This document shows positions 1 through 10,680 of a stretch of DNA of 64,000 nucleotides, in pieces. Positions within the stretch are counted from its first letter, which is position 1. Each line of letters starts with the position of its first letter. This stretch comes from Minutocellus sp. GHC0000111 (lineage: Eukaryota), in the NCBI GenBank assembly GCA_977018835.1, contig OZ361261.1, forward strand, positions 186,001 through 250,000. Reading direction: 5' to 3'. The notes below the pieces were generated by a model. That model did not search any database, had not been told where the DNA came from, and saw only the letters and a program-made list of their open reading frames with translations. The translations under genes were made by a program, and so were the position numbers.

Positions 1-495
1 ACTGCTCCATTCTGGCTGCTTTATTGTGGATGGATCGATGGATGTTTGCGACGTTGTGATTGCCGGAGGTGATCGAGGCCCGAGACGTGATCGAGAGGCA
101 CTCGAATATCGCCGCCGGGACGCCCGCGACGAGGAGAAGATATTCGAAAAGGTCTGCGTGTGATTCACCATATATGTAAAGACGAAGAACACCGCCGACC
201 ATTGGTAGAAGGACACGAGCAGCCTCCCTTTTTGATAATGAGAGGCCGCCGGTGAATGTGCACGAGAGTAGGCGTACGCCGCTTGAGATGTGCTCATTTT
301 GAGGCGGTGATCATGCGCTATCTTGAATGAATTACAACTACTGACACCTCGTCTGCTGCGGTGCTTTGAGACAACGGATGCGATGGCGGCTGGACTGGGA
401 AGTCAGTCGAGCGGCGGCAGATAAAAGAGGAGGCGGCACGAGACAGCAGCGCGCGCAGGGCCAGCCTGGCCAAGGCAGGCGAGGCAAAAATTCCC

Positions 496-525
496 AAGTT
501 TACCCGCAGGGCAAACTTTACCCGC
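496..525. repeat. Imperfect palindrome/direct repeat downstream of the YR ORF
   Basis: AAGTTTACCC-gca-GGGCAAACTT (one mismatch) at 496-518; TTTACCCGC occurs twice; CAAACTTTACCC at 512-523. Confidence 0.5.
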
Positions 526-649
526 GGAAAGAAAAAGAGGAGAAAGAAGGAAAAGGGAGCGAAATGATAAAAGCATCTCTGCTCGGCGAGTCTACATGTA
601 ACTACCGTTAACTTCATGTTTACTACATGTGTTGGTAATGAATGATTAC

Positions 650-3052
650 TTATTTACGAAACATCCCAAAAAGACCCCCATTGGACCTCGGCCATGCATT
701 GTCTGGTAATTTCTGGGCATTCGCTCCCACTCCTAGCACCTGCGCTGTCAACCTGCTTTTGGTGAGATTCTTATTCATCTTGCTTGCCAACCACCGACGG
801 ACTTCAAGATCTAAAGCCTTTCCTTTTGCCACTAGTTCGGCCTCATCGATCTCGGCTGCTCTAAACACATCATCCTGATCTTTTGTGACAGCTGCATCAA
901 CCACACGCATTGCCAACTTATATTTTGTCTTTTCATTGCGATCAAAAGCCCTGGGAAGTATTGCCAGCGGCGGAGGCATGGATTCATGCGACGACCCTGA
1001 CTTCAGCTTTCCAGATCGAGCCAATTCTATTACTATTTCGCTCATGAGCGGCCACTTATTCTTCTTTTTGCCCCCAGCGCTGCTGACAGTTGACAACTGC
1101 TCCGTCGTTGGTAGCGGTGGAGGCCGAAGAGCCGTCGGTAGCGGTGGCGCTCCTCCAACCATTCTCCTTGCTATGGCAACCGGCGATACTGCAATGGCAG
1201 ATATTGCGGTGCCGATAATGCCAGAACCTCCAGCGGTGCGCTGCCGCACGTTTCGGCCAGGGGATCGCGGTGGGGATGGCTCTCTTCGTCGGATGGTGCC
1301 ACCGGCAGGTCTACTGGTACCAGCAACCGCCGAATCAACACCACCAGAAGCAATCAATGGCACCGATGTTCCATTTAGCGCCCTTGCATCCGATTTTTGT
1401 AGCTGAGTCTCAAGGTGACATATTGTTCTTGCGTTGGTTGCTGCCAAAGCCTTCAAATCGGCAATCTCCTTCCGCAAATCTGATACTAAACGATTGTTTT
1501 CAGCTACCACAGTAGCAAGCTCCTCCTCAGCGGATGAATACGGTGCATTGATGGCCTTGAAATCATCTGCCACCTTCCTTGACCACCCCTTCAATTGAGA
1601 CAGATCAATACCGAGCTCGTCCCCCACATTCATCATCCGACGAACGGCAGGGCCTGCAACTCCAAGAAAAGACAGCTTCGTCGAAAAATTCATAATGTTG
1701 GTGGCCAGCACCTCCCGTACCAGCTGCCGTAGCCTCCCTCCAGCCTTGAAATCAGGCATTGTCATTGGATATAATTTGTCTGCAAACCGATCCAAAAGAG
1801 CCATGTCGTCAGGCAAAGTGCTGATGGCAATGAGCCGAGGAGGACGGTGGGACTTCCGAGGAGAGGGATGGCCAGCAAGAGACCTCATTCGCACATGTTG
1901 CATCGCCCGCCGAGATAGCACGTAGTGCCTGGTGTTATCAGCAGGAGCGTGGCCTGATCGTGCCGTGAGCTCTGGATGATTCACCGACGGATCTTCGTGA
2001 AGGTGGGTAGTGCCGCCGTATCGCATGCTTCGACCAGATATGCTGTCCCGTATTGAATCCGGCAGATCATCTCGCAAGGTTTCGGTGAGGGTCTTGGAAG
2101 TCCAGGAATCGCTTCGAGCCTGGCACATCGGTACAACAAAGGCCTGGAGAAAACCTATATTGCCAGAGGAGTTGCAGGTACGAGAGAGGCCACCATCGAC
2201 GCTCCAGTGGTCACCAAGGGCATCAAATACACAAGTCTCCCACCGGTCATAATCTGTACAGAAGGTAGTCGGCCTGGTCGTGCCATTCTTCAAGTCCTTC
2301 CAGTCAGCAGCAGCACAATTACCGACGGGATCATATGTCATGCCCTGGTAGTTGAGATATTTCACCTCCCCGGACCGGCCATCGGCGGCATATGTCAAGT
2401 TGAGAGCAAGGCGTCGCTGGTGCTTGTCGCCGAGCTTGCTGGTTTTCAGTAGCTTGCGATTGATGGTGACCATGTCGGGAACATCGTCGGCAAATGGACT
2501 GGTGCTGACACCGTCGTGTCCTTCAATAACACCAGCATCGGGGTTGAGGCGAACGATGCCGATCTTGCCGGGTACTTCGTCGACACCAGATGTGCCACGG
2601 ACGCTGTCTCTCTCCAGCTTCTTGACGAGCGCGCCCTTGGAGAGGGTGAACCAGGTCTCGTCGGTCCAGTCGACGTGGCGGCCGAACCGGTCCTTCAGGT
2701 ACTCCTTGATGAGGCCGAAGCCGTTGCCGACGCCGTCAGCCTTGAGGAGCTTGTCCCGGTTGTTCATGTACCTCGGAGGGTTCGTCGACATGTACTCGGC
2801 CCAAGAGCACATAATTGATTCGATGTCGCCGGGCGATGCGACGTCTTCGGGCGTCAAGTCGTCGACAAAGGGAAGACCGATATGCTGAAGATATGCATTG
2901 AATCGGGTCTTGTACGATGATAACTCGGGTGGTGCCCTTGGGACTGCCGTGCGGCGAAGGCCGGCGGTGGCGTTCGTGGCGGCGGTAGCAGCAGTAGTAG
3001 CGGCGGCCATGGTGTCAAAAGACTTCTGTTTTTTATTTTGGCTCGCAGCCAA
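650..3052 (-). mobile_element. Crypton-like tyrosine recombinase ORF (800 aa, intronless)
   Basis: YR catalytic motifs in the expected order: TYAADGRSGEV (R), DWKDLKNG (K), SGRSMRYGGTT (HxxR position, H replaced by R), ARSGH (H/W), NTRHYV (Y), followed by RSLAGHP..PP as in stramenopile Cryptons. A coiled coil and basic C-terminus follow. No RT/RNaseH seen nearby. Confidence 0.75.
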
Positions 3053-3122
3053 GATGCGCTTTCAGTTGGTGCTTGGCATCGCGGGGAAAATCTTGAAGTC
3101 TTCTCGCAGCAAACATGCGAGC

Positions 3123-3165
3123 CAAACTTTACCCAGGAATCCCCCCGAAACACCCGGGTAAAGTT
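3123..3165. repeat. Inverted repeat upstream of the YR ORF
   Basis: AACTTTACCC (3125-3134) and GGGTAAAGTT (3156-3165) are perfect 10-bp arms with a 21-nt spacer; CAAACTTTACCC at 3123-3134 is identical to 512-523. Confidence 0.55.
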
Positions 3166-3313
3166 CGGAAGCAAGGCGCAAAAAGAACCCGGACCGAAAC
3201 GTGGCGGATTGCGCCACAGCGCTGCGGGTAAGACCAACCAAAAACCGAGGCATTTGCAGCAATAAACCGAAGCATAAACGGAGGTCGTTCCGTCGACATT
3301 ATCAAATTTTGTC

Positions 3314-4191
3314 ATGTCATCTATATTCTCCCATACAAACAGGCGGCAAACGTTGAACGTCGAACATGGGACAAGGAGGCGTACGAAGCCCGGGCGCGAG
3401 CGAGGAATGAGGCCGTTGCATTGGCATCAGCAGGAGGTTCCGGAGGAGGAGGACCTGGAGCGGCTGTTGGGTCGAAGCGTCCGATGGGAAATGAAGCCAT
3501 CCAAACGGCGACAGATGCAGCTGCTGCGGCCATGTCCGACGAAAGAGAGAAGGAGGAATTCGTCCCAGCCTCACAGGGTGCAGCTGGGCCCGAGAAATCG
3601 CAGAGAGCCTATCTGAAATCACGACGAAATAAGGTTGATCTAGAAAGCAAACTGGGGACATCGGAGATCATCAACCCGGAAGCAATTGCCAATAGCGGCG
3701 GTAGCGCTGAGGGCGGTGCGGTTTCAATCACTGACGGGGTCACCAAGTCCTCAACGGGCGTTGGGTGGCACTGCAAGGTATGCGATTGCTACCTCAAGGA
3801 CTCGATGACGTATCTCGATCACATCAACGGGCGGAAGCATCAGAGACATCTCGGTTATTCTATGCGGGTAGAGAAGTCGACCAAGAGCGAGGTTACATCA
3901 AAGCTGTCTCTCTTGGCCGAACAGAAGCGCAAGGCCGATTTGGCTGCCGCGGTCGAGGGCGACAATCCCGCCGCGGATGGAGAGGACGAGGGCAATGCGT
4001 TCGAAGATGCCGTTCGGAAGAAGGACGAGGAAGCACTGAAGCGGAAGGCGGAGCGAGCGAGGAGGAAGGAGGAGCGGAAGAAGAAGGAACAAGAAGAGAG
4101 AGAAGAGAAGGAAGCTGAATTGAACGGAGGTTTAGATCCGGCCATGGCGGCAATGATGGGATTTAGTGGATTTGGCAGTTCCAAAAAGTGA
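3314..4191 (+). CDS. ZMAT2: ZMAT2/Snu23 spliceosomal matrin-type zinc finger protein (5' frameshift)
   Basis: NVERRTWDKEAYE, CKVCDCYLKDSMTYLDHINGRKHQRHLG and C-terminal MAAMMGFSGFG. The ATG at 3314 is out of frame with the main frame, which reads PYKQAANV from 3331. Confidence 0.9.
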
Positions 4192-4387
4192 AGTAGTCAG
4201 AGATGACTAGATAGAAGGCGAGTCTGATGGTAAGCCCGTACTAATACTCAAGGTCGGTTTTTAACTAGTCTGTGTAAAACAATGCGATCTGTAGTTTTTG
4301 TTATCAAAAACTATGTCAGCGTACTAACAAGACGCGTTAACGCCGTTGTTCGCTTCGACTGGCCATAGCATGACCAAGAATAATTCA

Positions 4388-5572
4388 TTATATTGCCGAA
4401 GGTTTTTTGTCCCCTTCATTACTTTTTCCTTCTTGTTGGCCAGGTGGCTGTTGTGGGGGGTACTGGCCGTAAGGAGGATACTGAGCGTAAGGATAATGGT
4501 GGGCATAATATGTACCTGGGGTTGCCGCTCCATAATTGTATCCGGGGTATGCGTAACCTGTGGGCGTTGGCTGCCTTGGGCTACTTCCTGCTGCTGCTGC
4601 TGCACTGGACCTGTTGGCCTGAGCTGAATGGGGTGTGACCATGACGGAAGGCTGATATGGGAAGTGTGGTGCATATCCGTATAGGTGGTGCTGTCCAAAA
4701 TATGTCTGATGAGCGGTAGCTGCCACAGTTGCAGAGGCGGCGGCAGCAGTGGCTTGAATTGGGGTGATTGGCGGTAGTGGTGGCTGATAGCTATCATCAC
4801 CATGCTTTGCATCATTGTCATTGTCGCCTTTCTCGGTCTCGCCTGCAGCATCGTTGGCTTTACTTTTGTCTTCATTTGCTTTCTTTGCGGCAGCAAATGT
4901 CGTACCAGTATACAATGCAATACGGTCCAGAGGAAAAGCCTTCTTTCCTGTCACAACATCCATCGCCTCTTCCTCCCTCTTCTCTCTAATTTTTGTATCC
5001 TCCTCCTCCTTCTTTGCGCGCCATTCAGCCATTTCCTTTTTGTAAACTTCACGTAGCTGTTCTTCGCGCTCGATGTGCTCACGTTTCTCCTCTTCTGAAG
5101 CCTCCTTCCACATTTTGGCGAGGGTCTTTGAGGCTTGGGCATTGGTAATGCCTGGGTTATCTTCTTTTACCTTGCCCCGATTGCTGTTGGAGAAGGACAA
5201 GAATGAAGACATGGGTCGTTTCGGTGCTGTTGCATCCTTCTTGGACTTTTTCTTTGCAGGTATCTTCCATGGCCCAGTGTATAGTGCCTTCTCTACCTCG
5301 TATCGCTCCTTATCGAGCCTTGCCTTCTCGTCCCATTTGGCGCGCTCCTCGGGCGCCAATGCTTTCCATTCCTCCGATATCAATTTGGCGACATCGGGTG
5401 TGTTATCTCCTCTGCCTCTGCTTTCTTCGAACTTTTCGCGCAAGATTCTATGCCTGTCCATGGTGAAAAATATAAAGGCACTCTTGAATCTCTTTGGTGC
5501 GGAAGGATCTTTCACATACTTCACTGGTTTCTTTGCCTTTTTCGCCGGAGATTGTTTGGCCTGGTCGCTCAT
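4388..5572 (-). CDS. Double HMG-box DNA-binding protein
   Basis: Two boxes: KDPSAPKRFKSAFIFF..W and KDATAPKRPMSSFLSF..W; Pro/Tyr/His-rich tail. Start taken at MSDQAK. Confidence 0.9.
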   Translation of the reverse strand: MSDQAKQSPAKKAKKPVKYVKDPSAPKRFKSAFIFFTMDRHRILREKFEESRGRGDNTPDVAKLISEEWKALAPEERAKWDEKARLDKERYEVEKALYTGPWKIPAKKKSKKDATAPKRPMSSFLSFSNSNRGKVKEDNPGITNAQASKTLAKMWKEASEEEKREHIEREEQLREVYKKEMAEWRAKKEEEDTKIREKREEEAMDVVTGKKAFPLDRIALYTGTTFAAAKKANEDKSKANDAAGETEKGDNDNDAKHGDDSYQPPLPPITPIQATAAAASATVAATAHQTYFGQHHLYGYAPHFPYQPSVMVTPHSAQANRSSAAAAAGSSPRQPTPTGYAYPGYNYGAATPGTYYAHHYPYAQYPPYGQYPPQQPPGQQEGKSNEGDKKPSAI

Positions 5573-6118
5573 GATTGGAAAAGTTGAAGTAGAGGGAATC
5601 CTGCGTATAGTAACGGGGCGAGGAATGGACTCTCTGAAGCAGGAGTTCCTATTCACGAATCGGCCTCCGTTAGAATGCTACTGCATCGACGTCTTTGTTC
5701 CTTTTTATTGCGTGTTGCCAATGGTGTCGCGGCTGAAAATGATAGAACGGTCCAACAATTGCTACAATTGTACAATGGATGTGGGATTTTCATGAGAAAA
5801 AGGAGGCGAGGTGGATTTCTGAAGTGGCACAAGTTCTCGGAGACCACAAAAATCGGGATACTGGGAGCGTAGGTTAGCGGAACGCGCGGCGCACCGCATA
5901 CAAAAGGACCTGAGAATGTGGTGCTAGATCTAGTAATAATGGCCAAGCCTTCGAAAACTTTGCTCGGGCAGGTACCGAGTCTACTAGTCTACCCTCAGGG
6001 TAGACTCTACAGGTAGGGTTTCAAGTAGATTTTAAGATCTTTAACCTCTCTAGATCTATCAGGGTACCACTGTCTGCGTAAAAAGTACCGGTACCGGTAG
6101 GTCTTCCAACGACTTCAA

Positions 6119-7732
6119 TCATAAGCCGTCCTTCCACTGTACAACGTGATTGGCGAGATTCAATGCCCTCTTTGCAAGCTCTTCGTTCATCAAAGTCGCT
6201 CTTAGTCGCTGGGCGAGTTGCGTGTTGTATGTAGTGACGGATCTTACCTCGTCGTCACAATCTCCACCTGCGGAAGGAACTTCCAGCATTGACTCCAGCT
6301 GATTTGAGAGGCGGTATATGTTGAAGGCTCATTCAGAGGTATCTGCAGGCACTTTCGATTGTGATACATTATGCAAACCTTCTAGCATCGATATTTCTTG
6401 AACCAAAGAAAATAAAAGCGCAAAAAAGAACATTGACACATTGAGACCGATGCATCCCCTCAACATGGTCTCTCGAGCATCCAAGTCATCGCTCGGAATC
6501 CCCCATTGGTTGCATTCTTCTTCCACCGACTTGGCCTCGATCAATATGCACTCCCAAACTTTATCTATTGAAGCGGCTGTAAACCAATTGTGATTCACTG
6601 AAAGAGTTTCCTCGATATTGCGAACGTTATGTTGCCATCCCGATGGTAAAAATACTGCCTCTCCCTCGAGTTGTGTGAACGAAAATGAAAATGCATCTTC
6701 TTCTGCTTCCTGATCTCCATTATTAAAAACTTCCCCAATTCCCTCATCCCTTTTGAAAGAAGAGGAACAATAGAAGGTCCACCTCTTCTCACCGACGACG
6801 TTCAAACTCCACGAAAACGTATTCAACACATCTGAATGCAGTGCGGTCGACGAACCCGCTGGTCCCCAATAAACAAAACGAAAATCTCCGCCACAGTACT
6901 TACGAAGAAAAGAGTTCAAAATATCTCGTTCAAATATCGATGGCACAGAGTACAATGGAATTTGAATATTTTCTCCTGCCCTGGTGCCTGCGGATGTCTG
7001 CTCTTCTCTTTCCTTCTCTTTATTCTCTATGAACTCCATCAAATGCCAGTCTTTGAGATAAAGTTTGTCGCGAGATTCCTCTTCTGTGCTGTCACTCGCG
7101 CTTGCTCTATCATCCTGACAATACTTTATCCATTGGCCCATGGTCATCTCGATAGTTTCGCATTCCCTTGCTCTGCCTTCCTCGTCAAGCACTGATGTAC
7201 TAGTGCTAGTATCTTCTGCTGGGCACAAGGGCTTGCGTACTGGAACGACGGATTTGCCGCCAACATTTTCACTGAACCAACTGCAGCGAATTGATGTTTT
7301 GCCGTCACGGCTGTGTTTCCTCCAAATCCGAGCAAGGTTGCAAAAACTGCAACCTTCGTCTTCGAGACCTCGAACAATCGCTGGGATGTTGCGATAAACG
7401 TATCGCTGCTTGAATTCCAAAGGCGTTAGCATTATTTCGGTCTCGTCGCCCACTACTAGCTCAGCACTGTCGTCCCCGTTGATGATTCGCACCACGTCGA
7501 CAGTGGATTCCTTGGTTAGGAAATCTGCTAAACCTTTACGTCTCCGATCTTTAATAGATTCCGCTATACCCCGGGCATCACACAAAGAATTGTTGTGGCT
7601 GCCCTCGCAATGAGATGACAAAGTTGCGGATCGTGGTGGAGGAAGATTGCCAACCAGCTTTTCGACATCAGTGAGTATGGAGCGCAGGATGATGGCATGC
7701 TCGCTGAGGGATTCGTCTGACGACGTTGCCAT
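6119..7732 (-). CDS. JMJD4: JmjC-domain 2OG-Fe(II) oxygenase, JMJD4-like; internal TGA at 6329-6331
   Basis: LYLKDWH, FRFVYWGPAGSSTALHSDVLNTFSWS (HxD), FLPSGWQHNVRN..SVNHNW. The frame stays open for 69 codons beyond the TGA. Confidence 0.85.
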
Positions 7733-8042
7733 ACTAGCTACGTTGCACTTGCCAGTTCGTACATGTTATCAATCAGCAAAAGAGTGCTACCTTTCGGAGA
7801 CTTGGGAGGGAGGAGCACCTACATGTACCTACCTACCTGCGCTGCGCATTCTTTGGTTTCGATGTTTCGATTGGCTTGTCACACTCCTCGGCGGATACGT
7901 CTTTTTTGTGTGCGTCTTTTTCGTGCTTCGCAACGCGAACCACACATCGCGGTCATCAGGCCTCATTTCCGGCCCACGTGCGCACGTCCAAAGTATCCTG
8001 GATACCGCTACCGTTCAAGCTTGGAATTACTGCACGCGTACC

Positions 8043-10316
8043 ATGACTTTCGAAGTACCCGAGGGCACGGCATATGCCATGTAAGTTATAGTTACCCGTT
8101 CTGGCATATTTCGTTTGCCCCTGTGGCCGTCCTTCGTTTGCATTCCTTGGTGATGTGTGATCAACTAAATTCTTCAAGTTGATGTCAAGGAGAGAATCTT
8201 TTGATCACCCGTTTGTGTTGCGCTTCAATTTGACCCTCGTCGCTTTAGGTTTGTTTCGTCTAGTCTTCCTGTTGCTCACATCATAGTTTCTTGCCAATGT
8301 GTTCTCTTCGTTTCATGCATGCCACAGGCTCTACACCGTCTTGGTGTCCTTCACCATCTTGGCCGTCGTTGCCGCTGGTTTCATTCCAGTCCCCAACTTC
8401 CTCTCCTGCTGTGTGGCATCTGCCGCGCCGACCTTCAAAACGGATGGAGCTGTCCCCACCGGCACCAGCGCCACCGGCAAGATGGCCCGTCGCGTCACCC
8501 TCCACACTGGCGGTGGAGCCGACTTCTTCCTCGCCGCTCGCAACTCCAGTAATGCCCGGGCCGTCGCCCTCTCCTTCTTCGCCAGTGGTATGGGTGCCTG
8601 GGTCGTCTACGGTTCCACCGAGATGGGCGCCAACCCCGAGCTGTCCTGGCTCGGCGTTATTGGCTACTCCGGTGCCAGTGCCTTCCCCGCCGTCGTCGTT
8701 TGCATCATCGGTCCCCGGATCCGCAAAATGACTGGAGAGAAGGCCTTTTGCACGACCGACTACGGTTTGGCTCGCTACGGACGCGTCATGCAGCTGGCCA
8801 TTGCTATCATTAGTGTCTTCTACATGTTCATTTACATTGTCAGTGAACTAACATCTATCAGCAACATCTACGCCCTCATCGTTGGGAAGAGCACTGTGAG
8901 TCTTGTACTATCACCAGTATGAAAGGCCAAATTTGACTGCACATTATGCATTACCTCATACTCGTACTCATCATTTCATTTATTCACCTTTGCTCACTTT
9001 CTCGTCTTCGTTTTCATTCCTCCAAAAATACAGTGGGATGGAGCTAATATTGCCTACACTACTGGTATCGCTATCAGTCTCGCTGTCTTCACGTGGTTCT
9101 ACACCTCTCTGGCCGGCTTGCCCGCTTCCATCACCACTGACAAGTTCCAGGGTGTCCTCATGTTTTGCCTTGTCTTCATTGTCCTCATTGCCGCCTGTGC
9201 CAAGGAGGAGAACCAGATCACCAGGGAGGAGTTTGCCGTCGCCTCGAACTGGACCGTAGACGGCCTTACTGCTGCCGTCACTCTCATCATCGCCATCCTT
9301 TCCGCCGAGATGTTCAATCAGGGAACTTGGCAGCGTGTTTGGGCCGCCGAGTCTGTTCCTGCCATGCGCAAGGGCTTCCTTTGGGGTAGCTTCCTCGTCT
9401 TCCTTTTGATGATGTTCTTTGGTATCATGGGTATGATTTCCTACGCCAACGATCCCATCGCCTTCGATACCTTCCAGAAGTTTTATTACCTGGCCTTCTT
9501 CGAGCTCCTCCGCCCTCTGGCGAATTTCTGGCACGTCGTTGTCCTCATCGTGGTCACGGCTCTCGCCGCCTCGTCCGTGGATTCCCTCCAGACCGCAATC
9601 GCTGCCATCTTCAGCTCTGATTTCGTCCGCATCAGCACCCAGAAGGGGGGGGGGGTGCCCAGGACTGGAAGATTCGCCTCATCACGCGTACTCTCCTTAT
9701 TTTGATCAACATTCCTGCCGTTATCATGAGCTCGAAGCGTTACGATGTCATCTCCCTGTTCCTGGTTGCCGATCTGGTTTGTGCCACGGCCGTTCTGCCT
9801 GTCTACCTCGGACTCATGACCAAGGACTGGGGCTTCATCACCGCTCCAACCGAGCTTGGAGCTCTCATGGGTATTATAGGTGGTATCTCAACTGTCCTGG
9901 TCATCGGTGCCCTGTACAACTTCACCGAAGCCGTAAATCCCATTACTGGGGAGACCATCGCCACCGGTCCCTTCTCGTACTTTTGGCTCACCAACTCCTA
10001 CCAGTGTGCTCTGTGCGGCGTTGAGACAATGGTTACGTTCATTGTGACCCCTCTTATGGGTGGATTTTTCTGCCTCTTCTTCTCCAAGCTCGATGTCATG
10101 ATCCGTGGCGAAAGGGCCCGCCAGCCCATCTTCAAGTTTGGCGAGAACGACGTTGCTGGTCAATACATTCTCGATCCCGAGGAGAGCTCCGATACTGACT
10201 CGCAGGCTGCCAAAGACGATAGCGCCGTGCCTGATGCCGTCGTCAATGCCTCCGACAATGGTCAGGAAGCCGAGGCCTTCCAGGACGAGGAGGTTGCCAA
10301 GATTGATGAGGAATAA
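8043..10316 (+). CDS. Sodium:solute symporter family membrane protein (candidate thiamine/precursor transporter, SSSP-like)
   Basis: Exons 8043-8080, 8328-8895 and 9034-10316 (GT-AG introns); many hydrophobic helices; DFFLAARNS, SITTDKFQG, NQGTWQRVWAA, ASSVDSLQTA. Frameshift in a G11 run at 9645-9655. Confidence 0.85.
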
Positions 10317-10323
10317 AAAGCTT

Positions 10324-10496
10324 GTTCCATTCATTAGCGGGAGCCCCATCATTGTTGGTGTTGATACTGCAATCGAAGCGCACAAATATTTTTTCATTTG
10401 TGCGACCGAGAGTAAGTATGTCACACTGATGGTGAAATATGGGTGCTGAGAAATAAACCGACCGAACCTGATCGAGGTAATGCTCGCGAAAGGAAC
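10324..10496 (+). promoter_or_regulatory. TPP riboswitch aptamer in the 3' UTR
   Basis: GCTGAGA..ACCG..GAACCTGATCGAGGTAATGCTCGCGAAAGGAAC matches the TPP consensus. P1 GTTCC/GGAAC, P2 CGG/CCG, P3 CCCAT/ATGGG with a long extension, P5 CGAG/CTCG closing the TAAT loop. Confidence 0.9.
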
Positions 10497-10680
10497 TCAA
10501 TGAATGCAAGCTTGAATAATAATTGGCACGCTCATCTCTTGTTAACTTTAAAAATTACGATTATGTGCCATTCGATGTTATAAGATCTACAAACCCTCAC
10601 TACTTACTGTACACAGTAGAAGACTCTAGCTAGCTAGCTAGCTAGGCTAGACTAGGCTTGTTGGCAACGTAGCTGCATTA

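Noticed and set aside
1..180. Possible 3' end of a coding region at the window start
   Set aside because: Short, contains stops, and has no recognisable motif.
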